Shown: positions 38,611 through 48,691 of the stretch, one piece after another
How the letters are laid out: each line of letters begins with the position of its first letter
Numbering within the stretch: the stretch's first letter is position 1
Source of the DNA: Saprospiraceae bacterium
GTDB taxonomy: Bacteria; Bacteroidota; Bacteroidia; Chitinophagales; Saprospiraceae
DNA: 64,000 bases
Direction: 5' to 3'
NCBI GenBank assembly: GCA_022448945.1
Contig: JAKVCV010000021.1
Location: 6,804 to 70,803, forward strand
Made by a program: the position numbers and the translations under genes
The notes under the pieces: generated by a model
What the model saw: only the letters and a program-made list of their open reading frames with translations
What the model was told of the DNA's origin: nothing
Databases searched by the model: none

Positions 38611-38614
38611 TTTG
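38607..38614 (+). promoter_or_regulatory. candidate -7 promoter box (TACATTTG = TAnnTTTG) of the dcw operon
   Basis: It matches the Bacteroidota -7 consensus exactly, 28 nt upstream of the mraZ ATG. No good -33 TTTG sits at the canonical spacing. Confidence 0.35.
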
Positions 38615-38641
38615 GAATATAACTAATCATTAAACTCAATT

Positions 38642-39124
38642 ATGATACAATTTCTAGGTGAATATACCTGTAAAATTGACGCTAAAGGTCGACTGAGATT
38701 GCCTTCCCCTTTGCTTAAGCAGTTGGGGGAATTGGCATCGGATGGATTTGTACTTAATAGGGGTTTTGAAAAATGTTTGGTTTTATATCCTCGACTTGCT
38801 TGGAATGTTATTTCAAATGATATTCAAAAGTTGAACCAGTATGTAAAAAAGAATAGGGATTTTGTTCGGTATTTTTTTAGGGGTGCAACAGAATTGGATT
38901 TAGATGGAAATTCAAGGCTTTTGTTTCCAAGAACCTTACTGGATTATGCGCAAGTGGATAAGGAGTTGGTCTTGTTCGCATATTTTGATAAGATTGAAAT
39001 TTGGTCAAAAGCAAGTTACGATGCTTTATTGAATAATGAACCCGGTGATTTTGATGTATTGGCTGAAGAAGTGATGGGGGATATGAAGACAGGAAATAAA
39101 GATGGAGGAGTTGAACTATCATAA
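38642..39124 (+). CDS. mraZ: transcriptional regulator MraZ
   Basis: The SpoVT/AbrB-like halves are duplicated, each with the DxxGR motif (KIDAKGRLRLP and ELDLDGNSRLLFP). The N-terminus is FLGEY. Confidence 0.95.
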   Translation: MIQFLGEYTCKIDAKGRLRLPSPLLKQLGELASDGFVLNRGFEKCLVLYPRLAWNVISNDIQKLNQYVKKNRDFVRYFFRGATELDLDGNSRLLFPRTLLDYAQVDKELVLFAYFDKIEIWSKASYDALLNNEPGDFDVLAEEVMGDMKTGNKDGGVELS

Positions 39125-40022
39125 TCCTGTCTTACTTAAAGAAAGCATTCAGGGCTTGAATATAAAAGAAGGTGGCGTGTATGTAGATGTAACATTTGGT
39201 GGGGGAGGGCATTCTGCTGCAATACTTAATAAACTTGGCGACAATGGTCGCTTGTATGCTTTTGATCAGGATGCTGATGCAACTGATAATATTATTGAGG
39301 ATAATAGATTTAGACTTTTACCTCATAATTTCAGGTATTTGAAACGTTTTTTGAGGTTAGAAAAAGTTAGAAAGATTGATGGTCTGTTGGCTGATTTAGG
39401 CGTTTCTTCTCATCAGTTTGATACAGCTGAGCGCGGGTTCTCATTTAGATTTGATGCGTTTTTGGATATGAGAATGAATCAAGAAGCTGAATTGACAGCA
39501 GAAAAAGTTCTTAATTCATATTCTGTAAATCAACTACAGCACGTTTTTGGTACTTATGGCGAGGTTAGGAATGCCAAAACATTAGCTCACATAATTGTTA
39601 ATGCAAGATCATCTGGTATTGCAATTAAAACAATTGGAGATTTTGTTTCGGTAATTGATAATTGTATTAAGGGAAAAAGAAATCGCTATTTGTCTCAGGT
39701 TTTTCAAGCTTTACGCATGGAAGTTAATGAGGAGATAGAAGCGCTTAAAGAAATGCTTTTACAAAGCACAGAATTACTAAGTGAAGGAGGACGATTGGTT
39801 GTTATATCCTATCATTCTTTAGAAGATAGAATGGCTAAAAATTTGATAAAAAAAGGAACTTTTGAAAACGAAGTAAAAAAAGATATTTACGGTAATTATT
39901 ATATGCCTTTAAAAGCTATTAATAAGAAAATAATTGTTCCAACATCTGAAGAAATTAAACAAAACCCTAGGGCAAGATCTGCAAAACTTAGGATAGCAGA
40001 GAGAAATGCTTTGGACAATTGA
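39102..40022 (+). CDS. rsmH: 16S rRNA (cytosine1402-N4)-methyltransferase RsmH
   Basis: RsmH motifs are present (YHNPVLLKE, YVDVTFGGGGHS, AFDQD, LADLGVSSHQFD, ISYHSLEDR, NPRARSAKLR). It overlaps mraZ by 23 nt. Confidence 0.95.
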   Translation: MEELNYHNPVLLKESIQGLNIKEGGVYVDVTFGGGGHSAAILNKLGDNGRLYAFDQDADATDNIIEDNRFRLLPHNFRYLKRFLRLEKVRKIDGLLADLGVSSHQFDTAERGFSFRFDAFLDMRMNQEAELTAEKVLNSYSVNQLQHVFGTYGEVRNAKTLAHIIVNARSSGIAIKTIGDFVSVIDNCIKGKRNRYLSQVFQALRMEVNEEIEALKEMLLQSTELLSEGGRLVVISYHSLEDRMAKNLIKKGTFENEVKKDIYGNYYMPLKAINKKIIVPTSEEIKQNPRARSAKLRIAERNALDN

Positions 40023-40056
40023 AAATAGAATTAAAAACAATAAAAAAATAGTCTGA

Positions 40057-40443
40057 ATGGCTCACAATAGAATAAAATTAGATTTGCCAATATCAACAAT
40101 TAAACCAAAAAGGAAAGTAAAAGCTAAAAAGCAACCTATGTTTCGCAATGGTTTGAATATGAGTGCGTTTTACATATTTAATAACATTCACTTTATTTTT
40201 TATTTGGCTTTTTTAGGTATAATATATATTGCCAATTCTCATTATGCAATGCAAAAGATTCAGGAAATCAAAAGTCTGCAATCGGAGCTGAGATCTATAA
40301 GTTGGGAAAGCAATTCAAAGAAATCGGATTTAATGTTTCAGAGTATGGAATCAATAGTGGCTGTTAAAGTAAAACCTTTAGGATTGGAACAGTTAAAAAT
40401 GAATCCTAAGAAGATTGCCAATAAAAATGTCAAAAGCTATTGA
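40057..40443 (+). CDS. ftsL: FtsL-like cell division protein (bitopic)
   Basis: It occupies the ftsL position between rsmH and ftsI. It has a basic N-terminus, a single TM (IHFIFYLAFLGIIYI) and then a short coiled-coil-like segment. The call is by position and architecture only. Confidence 0.6.
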   Translation: MAHNRIKLDLPISTIKPKRKVKAKKQPMFRNGLNMSAFYIFNNIHFIFYLAFLGIIYIANSHYAMQKIQEIKSLQSELRSISWESNSKKSDLMFQSMESIVAVKVKPLGLEQLKMNPKKIANKNVKSY

Positions 40444-40490
40444 TTTTATTTTCATTTGCTAATAAATAAGGATCATATATATATAATTTA

Positions 40491-42698
40491 ATGTTAAAAT
40501 TAACCCCATTAAAAATAAAAGAACTTAAAAATGCCATTTTATGGCGTGTCTATGTAGTAATGATGCTTACTATCTTAGTTGCCTTTTTGATTGTATTAAA
40601 AATTGGTAAAGTTCAGTATGTTGATGGTGATGCCCTTAAAGCAAAAGCAGATAGTATATATATTGCTTTGCGACCTATTGAAGCTCCAAGGGGGAATATA
40701 TTAACTGAAGATGGTGGTTTACTTGCAACGTCTATTCCATATTTTAAATTGCACTTTGATACACGAGTAGTTCCCAAAGATACTTTTATGAAGTATGTGG
40801 ATACTTTAGCATTTTGCCTAGCAAAATATGTTGATAATGAATATACAATAGGTGCTTATAGAGCTAGATTAAAAGCAGCTAGAGAAGCAGGAAATCGCTA
40901 TTTCCCAATTCGAAATAATGTTGGTTTTCTTGAGCTGGAACGAATAAAGAAATTTCCTTTATTCAATAAAGGTGGTCAGTATAAAAGTGGTCTTATCGTT
41001 GATAAAATTAGTAAACGTCAATACCCTTTCAGAATGCTTGCGCATAGAACTGTTGGATATATTAGGCCTTATACAAAACAAACTTCTAAAGGTGAGATAA
41101 TTAAAGATGTTTATGGTCGACCTGTAATGGATACAATGCGAGTAGGGTTAGAAGAAGCTTATGATGATATTCTTTCTGGTGAACAAACCTTAAAACCTAT
41201 GAAATGTATAGGTAGTAATATATGGGTACCCCTTAGCAATATGGCTGAAATAGACCCCCAAGCAGGAAAAGATATTGTTACAACATTGGATGTTAACATT
41301 CAGGATGTTACTGAGAGTGCTTTGTTGAAGACATTGCAAACCAATCAGGCTGATCATGGCTGCGCTATTGTTATGGAAGTAGCTACAGGAGAAATAAAGG
41401 CAATTGCTAATATTGGATTTAATAAAGACCGTACTAATTATTGGGAAACAAAAAACTATGCAATTGCAGAAGCGTCAGAACCAGGATCTACTTTCAAGCT
41501 TGTTACAATGATGGCGCTGTTTGAACATGGATTTGTGATGCCTCACGATTCTGTAAATCTCAATAAAGGAAAAGCTTCGTTTTATGATGAACAAATGGAA
41601 GATGCTTCCTATCACAATTTGATGAATACTTCAGTAGGTAAAGCTTTTGAAATTTCTTCAAATGTCGGTATAGCTAAACTGGCTAATAAGTTTTATAACA
41701 AGAATAAAAAAACACAATATAAGTATATTGAATTTATTAGAAATTTAAAATTTGAACAATCAAAACTAGGTTTTGCAGGTGAAGGATCTTCCTTTATTAA
41801 AGATCCAAAGTATAAAGATTGGAGTGGAATTAGTATTCCATGGATGGCAATTGGATATGAATCATATATGACACCTTTACAAATTTTAAATCTGTATAAT
41901 ACAATTGGGAACAATGGTCAAATGATGCGACCTCATATTGTTAAGGAGATTCGGTCTTTTGGGAAAACTGAAAAACGGTTCAAACCTGAAATCGTTGATA
42001 GAAAATTAGTGAGTACAAAAACTATTGATTTATCCAAGCAACTTTTAGAACGTGTAGTTGCTGGTAAAAATGGTACTGCTAAAAACATTAATACTGCGCA
42101 TTATACAATTGCTGGCAAGACAGGGACATCGGTTATAAATTACATTGAACATAACTCTAAAGATGTGGTAAAACAGTACAGAGCGTCTTTTGTTGGCTAT
42201 TTCCCTGCTGAAAATCCGGTATATTCTTGTATTGTAGTTGTAACAAACCCCCGCCATGGTTTTTATGGTGGAAGAGTTGCAGCACCAGTGTTTAAAAAAA
42301 TCGCAGATAAATGTTACTCGAAAATTATAGATGCTCATCTCCCAATTAATGATAGTGCGAGGGTATATGTTGCAGAGAAAATGCCAAATTTTCAAATAGG
42401 TTACAAAAGTGATTATACTACTTTGATGCAAGCTTTGAAGATGCCTTATAAAAATAAATCAAAAACGCCATGGGCTGTTAGTCGAATAAAAAATGATACA
42501 ATTTTACTTTTAACAAAAAACATTAAAGAAAAGGTGGTCCCTAATGTTCTAGGAATGGGGTTAAGAGATGCATTGTTTTTGTTGGAGAATCATAAAATCA
42601 GAGTGAAGGTAGAGGGAGCAGGTAAAGTAAAATCACAGTCTGTACAACCAGGCAGGTCAGTGAATGATACGCATTCTATAACCATTATGTTGGGTTGA
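40491..42698 (+). CDS. ftsI: penicillin-binding protein 3 / FtsI-type class B transpeptidase with a C-terminal PASTA domain
   Basis: It has an N-terminal TM anchor and the transpeptidase motifs STFK (EPGSTFKL), SSN (EISSNVG) and KTG (AGKTGT). The C-terminal PASTA-like segment is VPNVLGMGLRDALFLLENHKIRVKVEGAGKVKSQSVQPG. Confidence 0.9.
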   Translation: MLKLTPLKIKELKNAILWRVYVVMMLTILVAFLIVLKIGKVQYVDGDALKAKADSIYIALRPIEAPRGNILTEDGGLLATSIPYFKLHFDTRVVPKDTFMKYVDTLAFCLAKYVDNEYTIGAYRARLKAAREAGNRYFPIRNNVGFLELERIKKFPLFNKGGQYKSGLIVDKISKRQYPFRMLAHRTVGYIRPYTKQTSKGEIIKDVYGRPVMDTMRVGLEEAYDDILSGEQTLKPMKCIGSNIWVPLSNMAEIDPQAGKDIVTTLDVNIQDVTESALLKTLQTNQADHGCAIVMEVATGEIKAIANIGFNKDRTNYWETKNYAIAEASEPGSTFKLVTMMALFEHGFVMPHDSVNLNKGKASFYDEQMEDASYHNLMNTSVGKAFEISSNVGIAKLANKFYNKNKKTQYKYIEFIRNLKFEQSKLGFAGEGSSFIKDPKYKDWSGISIPWMAIGYESYMTPLQILNLYNTIGNNGQMMRPHIVKEIRSFGKTEKRFKPEIVDRKLVSTKTIDLSKQLLERVVAGKNGTAKNINTAHYTIAGKTGTSVINYIEHNSKDVVKQYRASFVGYFPAENPVYSCIVVVTNPRHGFYGGRVAAPVFKKIADKCYSKIIDAHLPINDSARVYVAEKMPNFQIGYKSDYTTLMQALKMPYKNKSKTPWAVSRIKNDTILLLTKNIKEKVVPNVLGMGLRDALFLLENHKIRVKVEGAGKVKSQSVQPGRSVNDTHSITIMLG

Positions 42699-42720
42699 TT
42701 ACTTATCCTTTGTTTTGACT

Positions 42721-44169
42721 ATGGAATTAAATGAAATACTTCATGGGATAGTTTATAAAGTGGACGGTGCTTTTGAGAATCATAAGATAACGAATATTCA
42801 GTTTGATTCCAGAAAAGTTGAAGAAGGGACTTTGTTTGTAGCAATTAGAGGAAATCAAACTGATGGGCATTTTTTCATTAATAAAGCAATTGAAAAAGGT
42901 GCAAAGGTAATTGTCTGTGAAAAGGTTCAGAATAAACAAGAAAAAGTTCTTTATATAATAGTGGAAGATAGTTCTGAAGTACTTGGTATGGTAGCCAATA
43001 ATTTTTATGGAGCACCATCGAAAAAATTAAAATTGATTGGTGTCACAGGAACAAATGGTAAAACCACTACAGTCACTTTACTTTTTGACTTATTTAGTCG
43101 GTTGGGCTATATGGTAGGTTTAATTTCTACTGTAGAAAACAAAATAGGTGATACTGTTATTCCTAGTACTCATACAACTCCTGATGTTGTTACTTTGAAT
43201 CAATTATTGGTGCAAATGAATGAAAGTGGTTGTGAATATGCTTTTATGGAAGTCAGTTCACATGCTTTAAGTCAGAAACGTATTCAAGGGATTTGTTTTG
43301 AAGGAGCTGTGTTTACAAATATTTCGCATGATCATCTAGACTATCATAAAACCTTTAAAAATTATATTAACGTCAAAAAAAGTTTTTTTGATTATTTGCC
43401 CAAAACAGCATTTGCACTTACCAATATTGATGACAAAAGAGGAATGGTAATGTTGCAAAATACTAAAGCAAAGAAATCAACTTTTGGATTAAAAACGATG
43501 GCTGATTTTAAAGCAAGAGTAGTTGAAAATAATTTGACAGGTTTGGTTATGGAATTGGATGGTGAAGATTTTTTCGCTCGTTTAGTGGGAGGTTTTAATG
43601 CATATAATTTATTGGCCGTTTATGCCACTGCCAGAATTTTGAATGCGGATAAAATGGAAGTGATGGCAATAATGAGTAATCTAAAAGCACCAGAAGGGCG
43701 CTTTGATTATATACAAAATAAAAAACTAGGTGTTATTGGAATTATTGATTACGCCCATACACCCGATGCTTTAGAAAAAGTTCTACAGACTATTGATAAA
43801 TTAAGAACTGGGAATGAACAAATTATTACAGTTGTTGGATGTGGAGGTGACAGAGATAAGTTAAAAAGACCAGATATGGCCAAAATAGCGTGTAATTATA
43901 GCCAACAAATTATTTTGACGTCAGATAATCCACGAAATGAAGCACCAAAGGCAATACTTGATCAAATGGAAAGTGGTATTCCGCCTTATGCTCTCAATAG
44001 AACCTTGATTATTGAAGATCGAAAACAGGCTATTAGAGCAGCATGTAGATTGGCTAGATTTGGAGATATCGTTTTGGTTGCGGGGAAAGGGCATGAGAAG
44101 TATCAGGAAATTATGGGAGTCAAACACCCATTTGATGATAAAGCAGAATTAATAAATGGATTACAATGA
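42721..44169 (+). CDS. murE: UDP-N-acetylmuramoyl-L-alanyl-D-glutamate--2,6-diaminopimelate ligase
   Basis: It has the Mur ligase P-loop GVTGTNGKTT and the DNPR motif (SDNPRNE), which is characteristic of meso-DAP-adding MurE. The ATG at 42721 is preferred over the listed TTG at 42715. Confidence 0.95.
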   Translation: MELNEILHGIVYKVDGAFENHKITNIQFDSRKVEEGTLFVAIRGNQTDGHFFINKAIEKGAKVIVCEKVQNKQEKVLYIIVEDSSEVLGMVANNFYGAPSKKLKLIGVTGTNGKTTTVTLLFDLFSRLGYMVGLISTVENKIGDTVIPSTHTTPDVVTLNQLLVQMNESGCEYAFMEVSSHALSQKRIQGICFEGAVFTNISHDHLDYHKTFKNYINVKKSFFDYLPKTAFALTNIDDKRGMVMLQNTKAKKSTFGLKTMADFKARVVENNLTGLVMELDGEDFFARLVGGFNAYNLLAVYATARILNADKMEVMAIMSNLKAPEGRFDYIQNKKLGVIGIIDYAHTPDALEKVLQTIDKLRTGNEQIITVVGCGGDRDKLKRPDMAKIACNYSQQIILTSDNPRNEAPKAILDQMESGIPPYALNRTLIIEDRKQAIRAACRLARFGDIVLVAGKGHEKYQEIMGVKHPFDDKAELINGLQ

Positions 44170-44239
44170 AATTAATATAAAATACTGAATGGATAAAGGC
44201 TTGATCTTGATTTTATAACTCTGATTAAAACCATTTAAC

Positions 44240-44704
44240 ATGATATCTTTAACAAATTATAGTGCTAAGATAAATACCCTTAAATGTTTTCCTGGTCTGG
44301 AAGATGTTAAACAGGAACATGTATATCTGAAGAGTATAGAAGAAAAAGAAATATTATTGAAAAAAGGACATTTGAGTAAACATATTTTCTTTGTAAATAA
44401 AGGTTTGATCAAGTTGAATACTTATCAAAATAATAAAAAGAAAGTTGAAAAATTTATTCTTGAAGGATCTATAGCTGCTGATCTTGATAGTCTTTTATAT
44501 GGCTCTCCATCTGAGATATCATTTGAAGCATCTGCGGGAACAGAAGTCCTAGTTTTGGATATTAAGACTTTCAATGATTTAGCGAAAAAAATACCAAATT
44601 TTAAAAATAAATTTATTCTATACATTAAGAAACTTGATAAGAGCAGGAATCATGATTTGAATTATCTTTTATTAATGGCTTTATATAAAAATCTTGAAAA
44701 CTAA
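44240..44704 (+). CDS. stand-alone cyclic-nucleotide-binding (Crp effector) domain protein lacking the DNA-binding HTH
   Basis: The 154-aa protein aligns by eye with the 2066..2641 Crp-like protein through its effector domain and dimerisation helix (ILLKKGHLSKHIFFVNKGLIKL ... FEASAGTEVLVLDIKTFNDL ... LLLMALYKNLEN vs LLLLSDGMMRYEKFL). It stops where the HTH would begin. Only 72 nt remain before mraY, so a simple frameshift cannot restore an HTH. Confidence 0.75.
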   Translation: MISLTNYSAKINTLKCFPGLEDVKQEHVYLKSIEEKEILLKKGHLSKHIFFVNKGLIKLNTYQNNKKKVEKFILEGSIAADLDSLLYGSPSEISFEASAGTEVLVLDIKTFNDLAKKIPNFKNKFILYIKKLDKSRNHDLNYLLLMALYKNLEN

Positions 44705-44776
44705 CGCTTCTTTTTCATTATAATTTTAAAGAAGGTCTATGGAATAGATAAACTTTAGATTTATTAAAAAAACAAA

Positions 44777-46030
44777 ATGCTTTACTGGCTATCTGACATA
44801 TTAGACATAAGATTATTTCAATACCTGACTTTTCGTGCTGGTTTGGCTGTGTTGATATCTCTGCTTATTACTTTAGTTTTTGGTAATAAAATAATATTGC
44901 TAATTCAGAAAATGCAGATAATTGAAAAACAAAGAAAACTAGGATTGCCGGGAGAAGATGATAAGGCTAAAACGCCTACAATGGGTGGTATAATGATCAT
45001 TTTAGCAATCTTAGTTCCTTGTCTTTTATTAGCAGATTTAAGTAATATCTATATCCAACTATTGTTATTGACTACAGTTTTTATGGGTTTAATTGGGTTT
45101 TTGGATGATTATTTAAAATTGACTAAAGGTAAAGATGGTTTATTAGGGAGATATAAGATATTTGGACAAGTAATTTTAGGTGCAATAATTGGGTCAGTTA
45201 TGTTATTTAATAATGATGTAGTGGTTCGGGTTGATAAAGCAACAGCTGATGAATATGGTTATGACATAATCCGAACAGTTTCAGTAGAAAGGCTTGCACG
45301 TAATAGTGATGGGAGTAAATCAACTTTCCAAGAAGAAATGTATCATGTTAAAACGACAATGACTAATGTGCCTTTTCTAAAAGGGAATGAATTTGATTAT
45401 AAATATCTATTATGGTTTTTGGGTAAGAATGCAACAAGTTGGGTATGGATTATCTTTATTCCCATTATCATAATTATTATGGTTAATGTGTCAAATGCTG
45501 CAAATCTTACTGATGGAATTGATGGTTTAGCAGCAGGCACTTCTGCAATTATAGGTGCTGTATTAGGATTATTCGCTTATGTCTCTGGTAATAATTTCCT
45601 TGCAGAATATTTAGGGGTTTTATATGTGCCAGATGTTGGAGAGATGGTTGTCTTTTCTTCATGTTTTTTGGGTGCTTGTATTGGGTTTTTATGGTATAAT
45701 GCATATCCTGCTCAAGTTTTTATGGGTGATACGGGGAGCTTGGCATTAGGGGGAATAATCGCTGCACTTGCAATTATGACACGAAAGGAGTTGTTGATTC
45801 CTTTGCTTTGTGGAATTTTTGTTGTTGAAAATTTGTCGGTAATTATGCAAGTTAGTTATTTCAAATATACTAGAAAAAAAACAGGAACGGGACAGCGGAT
45901 TTTTTTGATGTCTCCCTTACATCATCATTTTCAAAAAAAGGGAATGCATGAATCAAAGATTGTAGCTAGATTCTGGATTGTAGGTGTGATTTTAGCCGTA
46001 TTAACTATCATAACATTGAAAATCAGATAA
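44777..46030 (+). CDS. mraY: phospho-N-acetylmuramoyl-pentapeptide transferase
   Basis: It is polytopic and has MraY motifs ([43 protein letters not shown]). Confidence 0.95.
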   Translation: MLYWLSDILDIRLFQYLTFRAGLAVLISLLITLVFGNKIILLIQKMQIIEKQRKLGLPGEDDKAKTPTMGGIMIILAILVPCLLLADLSNIYIQLLLLTTVFMGLIGFLDDYLKLTKGKDGLLGRYKIFGQVILGAIIGSVMLFNNDVVVRVDKATADEYGYDIIRTVSVERLARNSDGSKSTFQEEMYHVKTTMTNVPFLKGNEFDYKYLLWFLGKNATSWVWIIFIPIIIIIMVNVSNAANLTDGIDGLAAGTSAIIGAVLGLFAYVSGNNFLAEYLGVLYVPDVGEMVVFSSCFLGACIGFLWYNAYPAQVFMGDTGSLALGGIIAALAIMTRKELLIPLLCGIFVVENLSVIMQVSYFKYTRKKTGTGQRIFLMSPLHHHFQKKGMHESKIVARFWIVGVILAVLTIITLKIR

Positions 46031-46037
46031 TATTAAT

Positions 46038-47456
46038 ATGACAGACAGTAGGAACATAGTAGTGTTAGGTAGTGGTGAAAGTGGTGTAGGGGCTGCTATA
46101 CTGGCCCAAAAAAAGGGTTTTGGTGTTTTTGTGTCTGATTCAGGTTCAATTCCTGAACAATATAAGAATGAATTAATCAAGAATAAAATTGAATTTGAGG
46201 AAGAAAAACATAGCTCTGAGAAAATTTTGAATATAGCAGACATAGTAATAAAAAGTCCTGGAATACCCGACACGATTACATTAGTTCAACAGTTGAAAAA
46301 TAAGGGGATTGTTGTAATCGATGAGTTGGAATTTGCAAGTCGTTATACCAATGCAAAGATTATTGCAATTACAGGTAGTAATGGTAAGACGACGACTACA
46401 CGTCTGTTGTTTCATATTTTGAATGTTGCTGGATTAAATGTTGGATTGGCTGGAAATATTGGTTTTAGTTTTGCTAAACAAATTGCAAATAAAGACAAAG
46501 ATTATTTTGCGCTAGAGGTAAGTAGTTTTCAATTAGATAATATGTATGATTTTAAACCCTCTATTGCAATCTTGTTAAACATAACACCTGATCATTTGGA
46601 CCGCTATGAATATAAAATAGAGAATTATATCGCTTCAAAATTTAGATTGGTACAGAATAAAGAGAAAGAACATATTTTTATTTACAACAGCGATGATGAA
46701 AATATAGAGTACGGTTTACAACATTTTTACAGTCGAAACCGGGATTTATTATTTCCTTTATCGATGAACAATTTGGTACAAGAGTCCGAGACCCTACATG
46801 TGCCCTATACAGACTTTAAAATTCCTAAACATCAACTTTCTTTAAAAGGAAGACATAATCAATTCAATATTCAATGTGCTGTTTTGGCAGCGAAGCAATT
46901 GGATATATCGAATGATATTATTGCTAAAGCTATTCGCTCATTTGAAAATGAAGCACATCGGTTAGAATCTGTCATTACAATTGATGAAGTCGAATATATA
47001 AATGATAGCAAGGCAACAAATGTAGATGCTGTTTTTTATGCGCTTGAATCTATGCAAAAACAAGTGGTATGGATTGCCGGTGGAATTGATAAGGGCAATG
47101 ATTACACACAATTATTCCCTTTAGTAAAAGAAAAAGTTAGGGCAATTGTTTGCCTTGGGAAGGATAATACAAAAATAAAAACAGCTTTTAAAGATGTTCA
47201 TGAAATTATTGTAGAATCAAGAAGTATTAATGAGGCGGTTAAAATTGCCAGTTTGTATGCTGAAGCAGGAGATGTAGTTTTGTTGTCGCCGGCTTGTTCG
47301 AGTTTTGATTTATTTAAAAATTATGTAGATAGAGGTAATCAATATAAAGAGCTCTTGTTTAAACAGCACAAAATAATGACAGAAGGTATACAAGTTCAAA
47401 TGGATTTTAAAATTAATATCGATCCTGCTGACAATAAAAATGACGATCAAAATTAA
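46038..47456 (+). CDS. murD: UDP-N-acetylmuramoylalanine--D-glutamate ligase
   Basis: It has the N-terminal Rossmann motif VLGSGESG, the P-loop ITGSNGKTTT, and DSKATN. The position is conserved. Confidence 0.95.
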   Translation: MTDSRNIVVLGSGESGVGAAILAQKKGFGVFVSDSGSIPEQYKNELIKNKIEFEEEKHSSEKILNIADIVIKSPGIPDTITLVQQLKNKGIVVIDELEFASRYTNAKIIAITGSNGKTTTTRLLFHILNVAGLNVGLAGNIGFSFAKQIANKDKDYFALEVSSFQLDNMYDFKPSIAILLNITPDHLDRYEYKIENYIASKFRLVQNKEKEHIFIYNSDDENIEYGLQHFYSRNRDLLFPLSMNNLVQESETLHVPYTDFKIPKHQLSLKGRHNQFNIQCAVLAAKQLDISNDIIAKAIRSFENEAHRLESVITIDEVEYINDSKATNVDAVFYALESMQKQVVWIAGGIDKGNDYTQLFPLVKEKVRAIVCLGKDNTKIKTAFKDVHEIIVESRSINEAVKIASLYAEAGDVVLLSPACSSFDLFKNYVDRGNQYKELLFKQHKIMTEGIQVQMDFKINIDPADNKNDDQN

Positions 47457-47461
47457 TTACA

Positions 47462-48640
47462 ATGGATGTAAAGTTAATTCAAACCAAATTAGGGGCCCTC
47501 TTGCAGGGAGACAAAGTAATCTGGCTGGTTATAGGATTTCTGGCTATATTCTCTGTTTTAGCTGTTTATAGTTCTTCAGAAGCCTTGGCACTAAGGACGG
47601 GTGTTGGTACAGAATCTTTTTTGGTTAAGCATATTTTTTTACTTATAGGATCTTTATTCCTTATTTATTTTTGTCACTTAATCAATTATGTAAAATATGG
47701 ACGACTGTCGGTATTGCTACTGATTATTGCTATTCCACTATTAGTGTATACTCAGTTGCTTGGGGAAACCTATAATCAAGCAACTCGTTGGATACGCATT
47801 CCAATTATTGGTTTAACATTTCAAACTTCTGACTTTGCTAAGATTGCTTTAATTTTGTATACCTCAAGAACTTTATCTTTGATGCAACATAAACAAATTG
47901 CTTTAGGCGAGTTGATAGTTCCTGTATTGCTAGTATGTGGATTGATTGCACCTTCAGATTTATCTTCTGCCTTGATATTGTTTTTTACTTGTTTATTGTT
48001 GATGTTTATTGGGAGGGTGAAAATGCGAAACGTTTTTTCTTTATTGATGTTGGGATTTGCTGCTTTTGCAATTTTGATTTTATTGGCTGATTTTTTCCCT
48101 GACGCAATTCGTGTTGATACATGGGTACACCGTTTAAAGGATTTTTGGATTGGCAATACTGGTGATCAATTTCAGGTAGAACAGGCTCAAATGGCAATTG
48201 CTCAAGGTGGATTCTTTGGCCTAGGACCTGGTAATGCACAACAAGCGCACTTTTTACCACATTCTTATTCTGATTATATCTTTTGTGTGATAATTGAGGA
48301 ATATGGTATGTTGGGAGCTTTGGTTATTATTAGTCTTTATATCACGCTTTTATTGCGTTGTATCCGACTGGTCACAAAAAGTCCAAAGGCATTTGGGGCG
48401 ATGTTGGCAGTTGGTTTGTGTTTTAGTCTAGTAATTCAGGCATTTGTACATATAGCTGTGAATGTAAACTTATTACCTGTAACTGGATTGACATTACCTT
48501 TTGTTAGTATGGGTGGAACGTCATTAATGTTTACAGGGATTTCATTAGGAATTATCTTGAGTGTAAGTAAATATATTGAATCAAGTGTAGGAGAAACAAC
48601 AGAAGCAGTTGTAAATAAACAGATCGCATTAGATAGTTAA
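47462..48640 (+). CDS. ftsW: SEDS-family peptidoglycan glycosyltransferase FtsW
   Basis: It has about 10 TM helices and SEDS motifs (RWIRIP, FQTSDFAKIALILY, HSYSDYIF, PFVSMGGTS). The position is conserved. Confidence 0.9.
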   Translation: MDVKLIQTKLGALLQGDKVIWLVIGFLAIFSVLAVYSSSEALALRTGVGTESFLVKHIFLLIGSLFLIYFCHLINYVKYGRLSVLLLIIAIPLLVYTQLLGETYNQATRWIRIPIIGLTFQTSDFAKIALILYTSRTLSLMQHKQIALGELIVPVLLVCGLIAPSDLSSALILFFTCLLLMFIGRVKMRNVFSLLMLGFAAFAILILLADFFPDAIRVDTWVHRLKDFWIGNTGDQFQVEQAQMAIAQGGFFGLGPGNAQQAHFLPHSYSDYIFCVIIEEYGMLGALVIISLYITLLLRCIRLVTKSPKAFGAMLAVGLCFSLVIQAFVHIAVNVNLLPVTGLTLPFVSMGGTSLMFTGISLGIILSVSKYIESSVGETTEAVVNKQIALDS

Positions 48641-48691
48641 CTTATGTTTGCTATAATTGATTGTAGCTACATAAATTCTATTAGACAGAAT

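Noticed and set aside
42045-42431. 128-aa antisense ORF inside ftsI, representative of many listed antisense ORFs inside mutS, mutS2, ftsW, murC, ftsA, ftsZ, the M1 peptidase, the patatin gene and others
   Set aside because: Each lies wholly within a strongly supported conserved gene on the opposite strand, has no recognisable motifs, and has the skewed composition typical of antisense frames.
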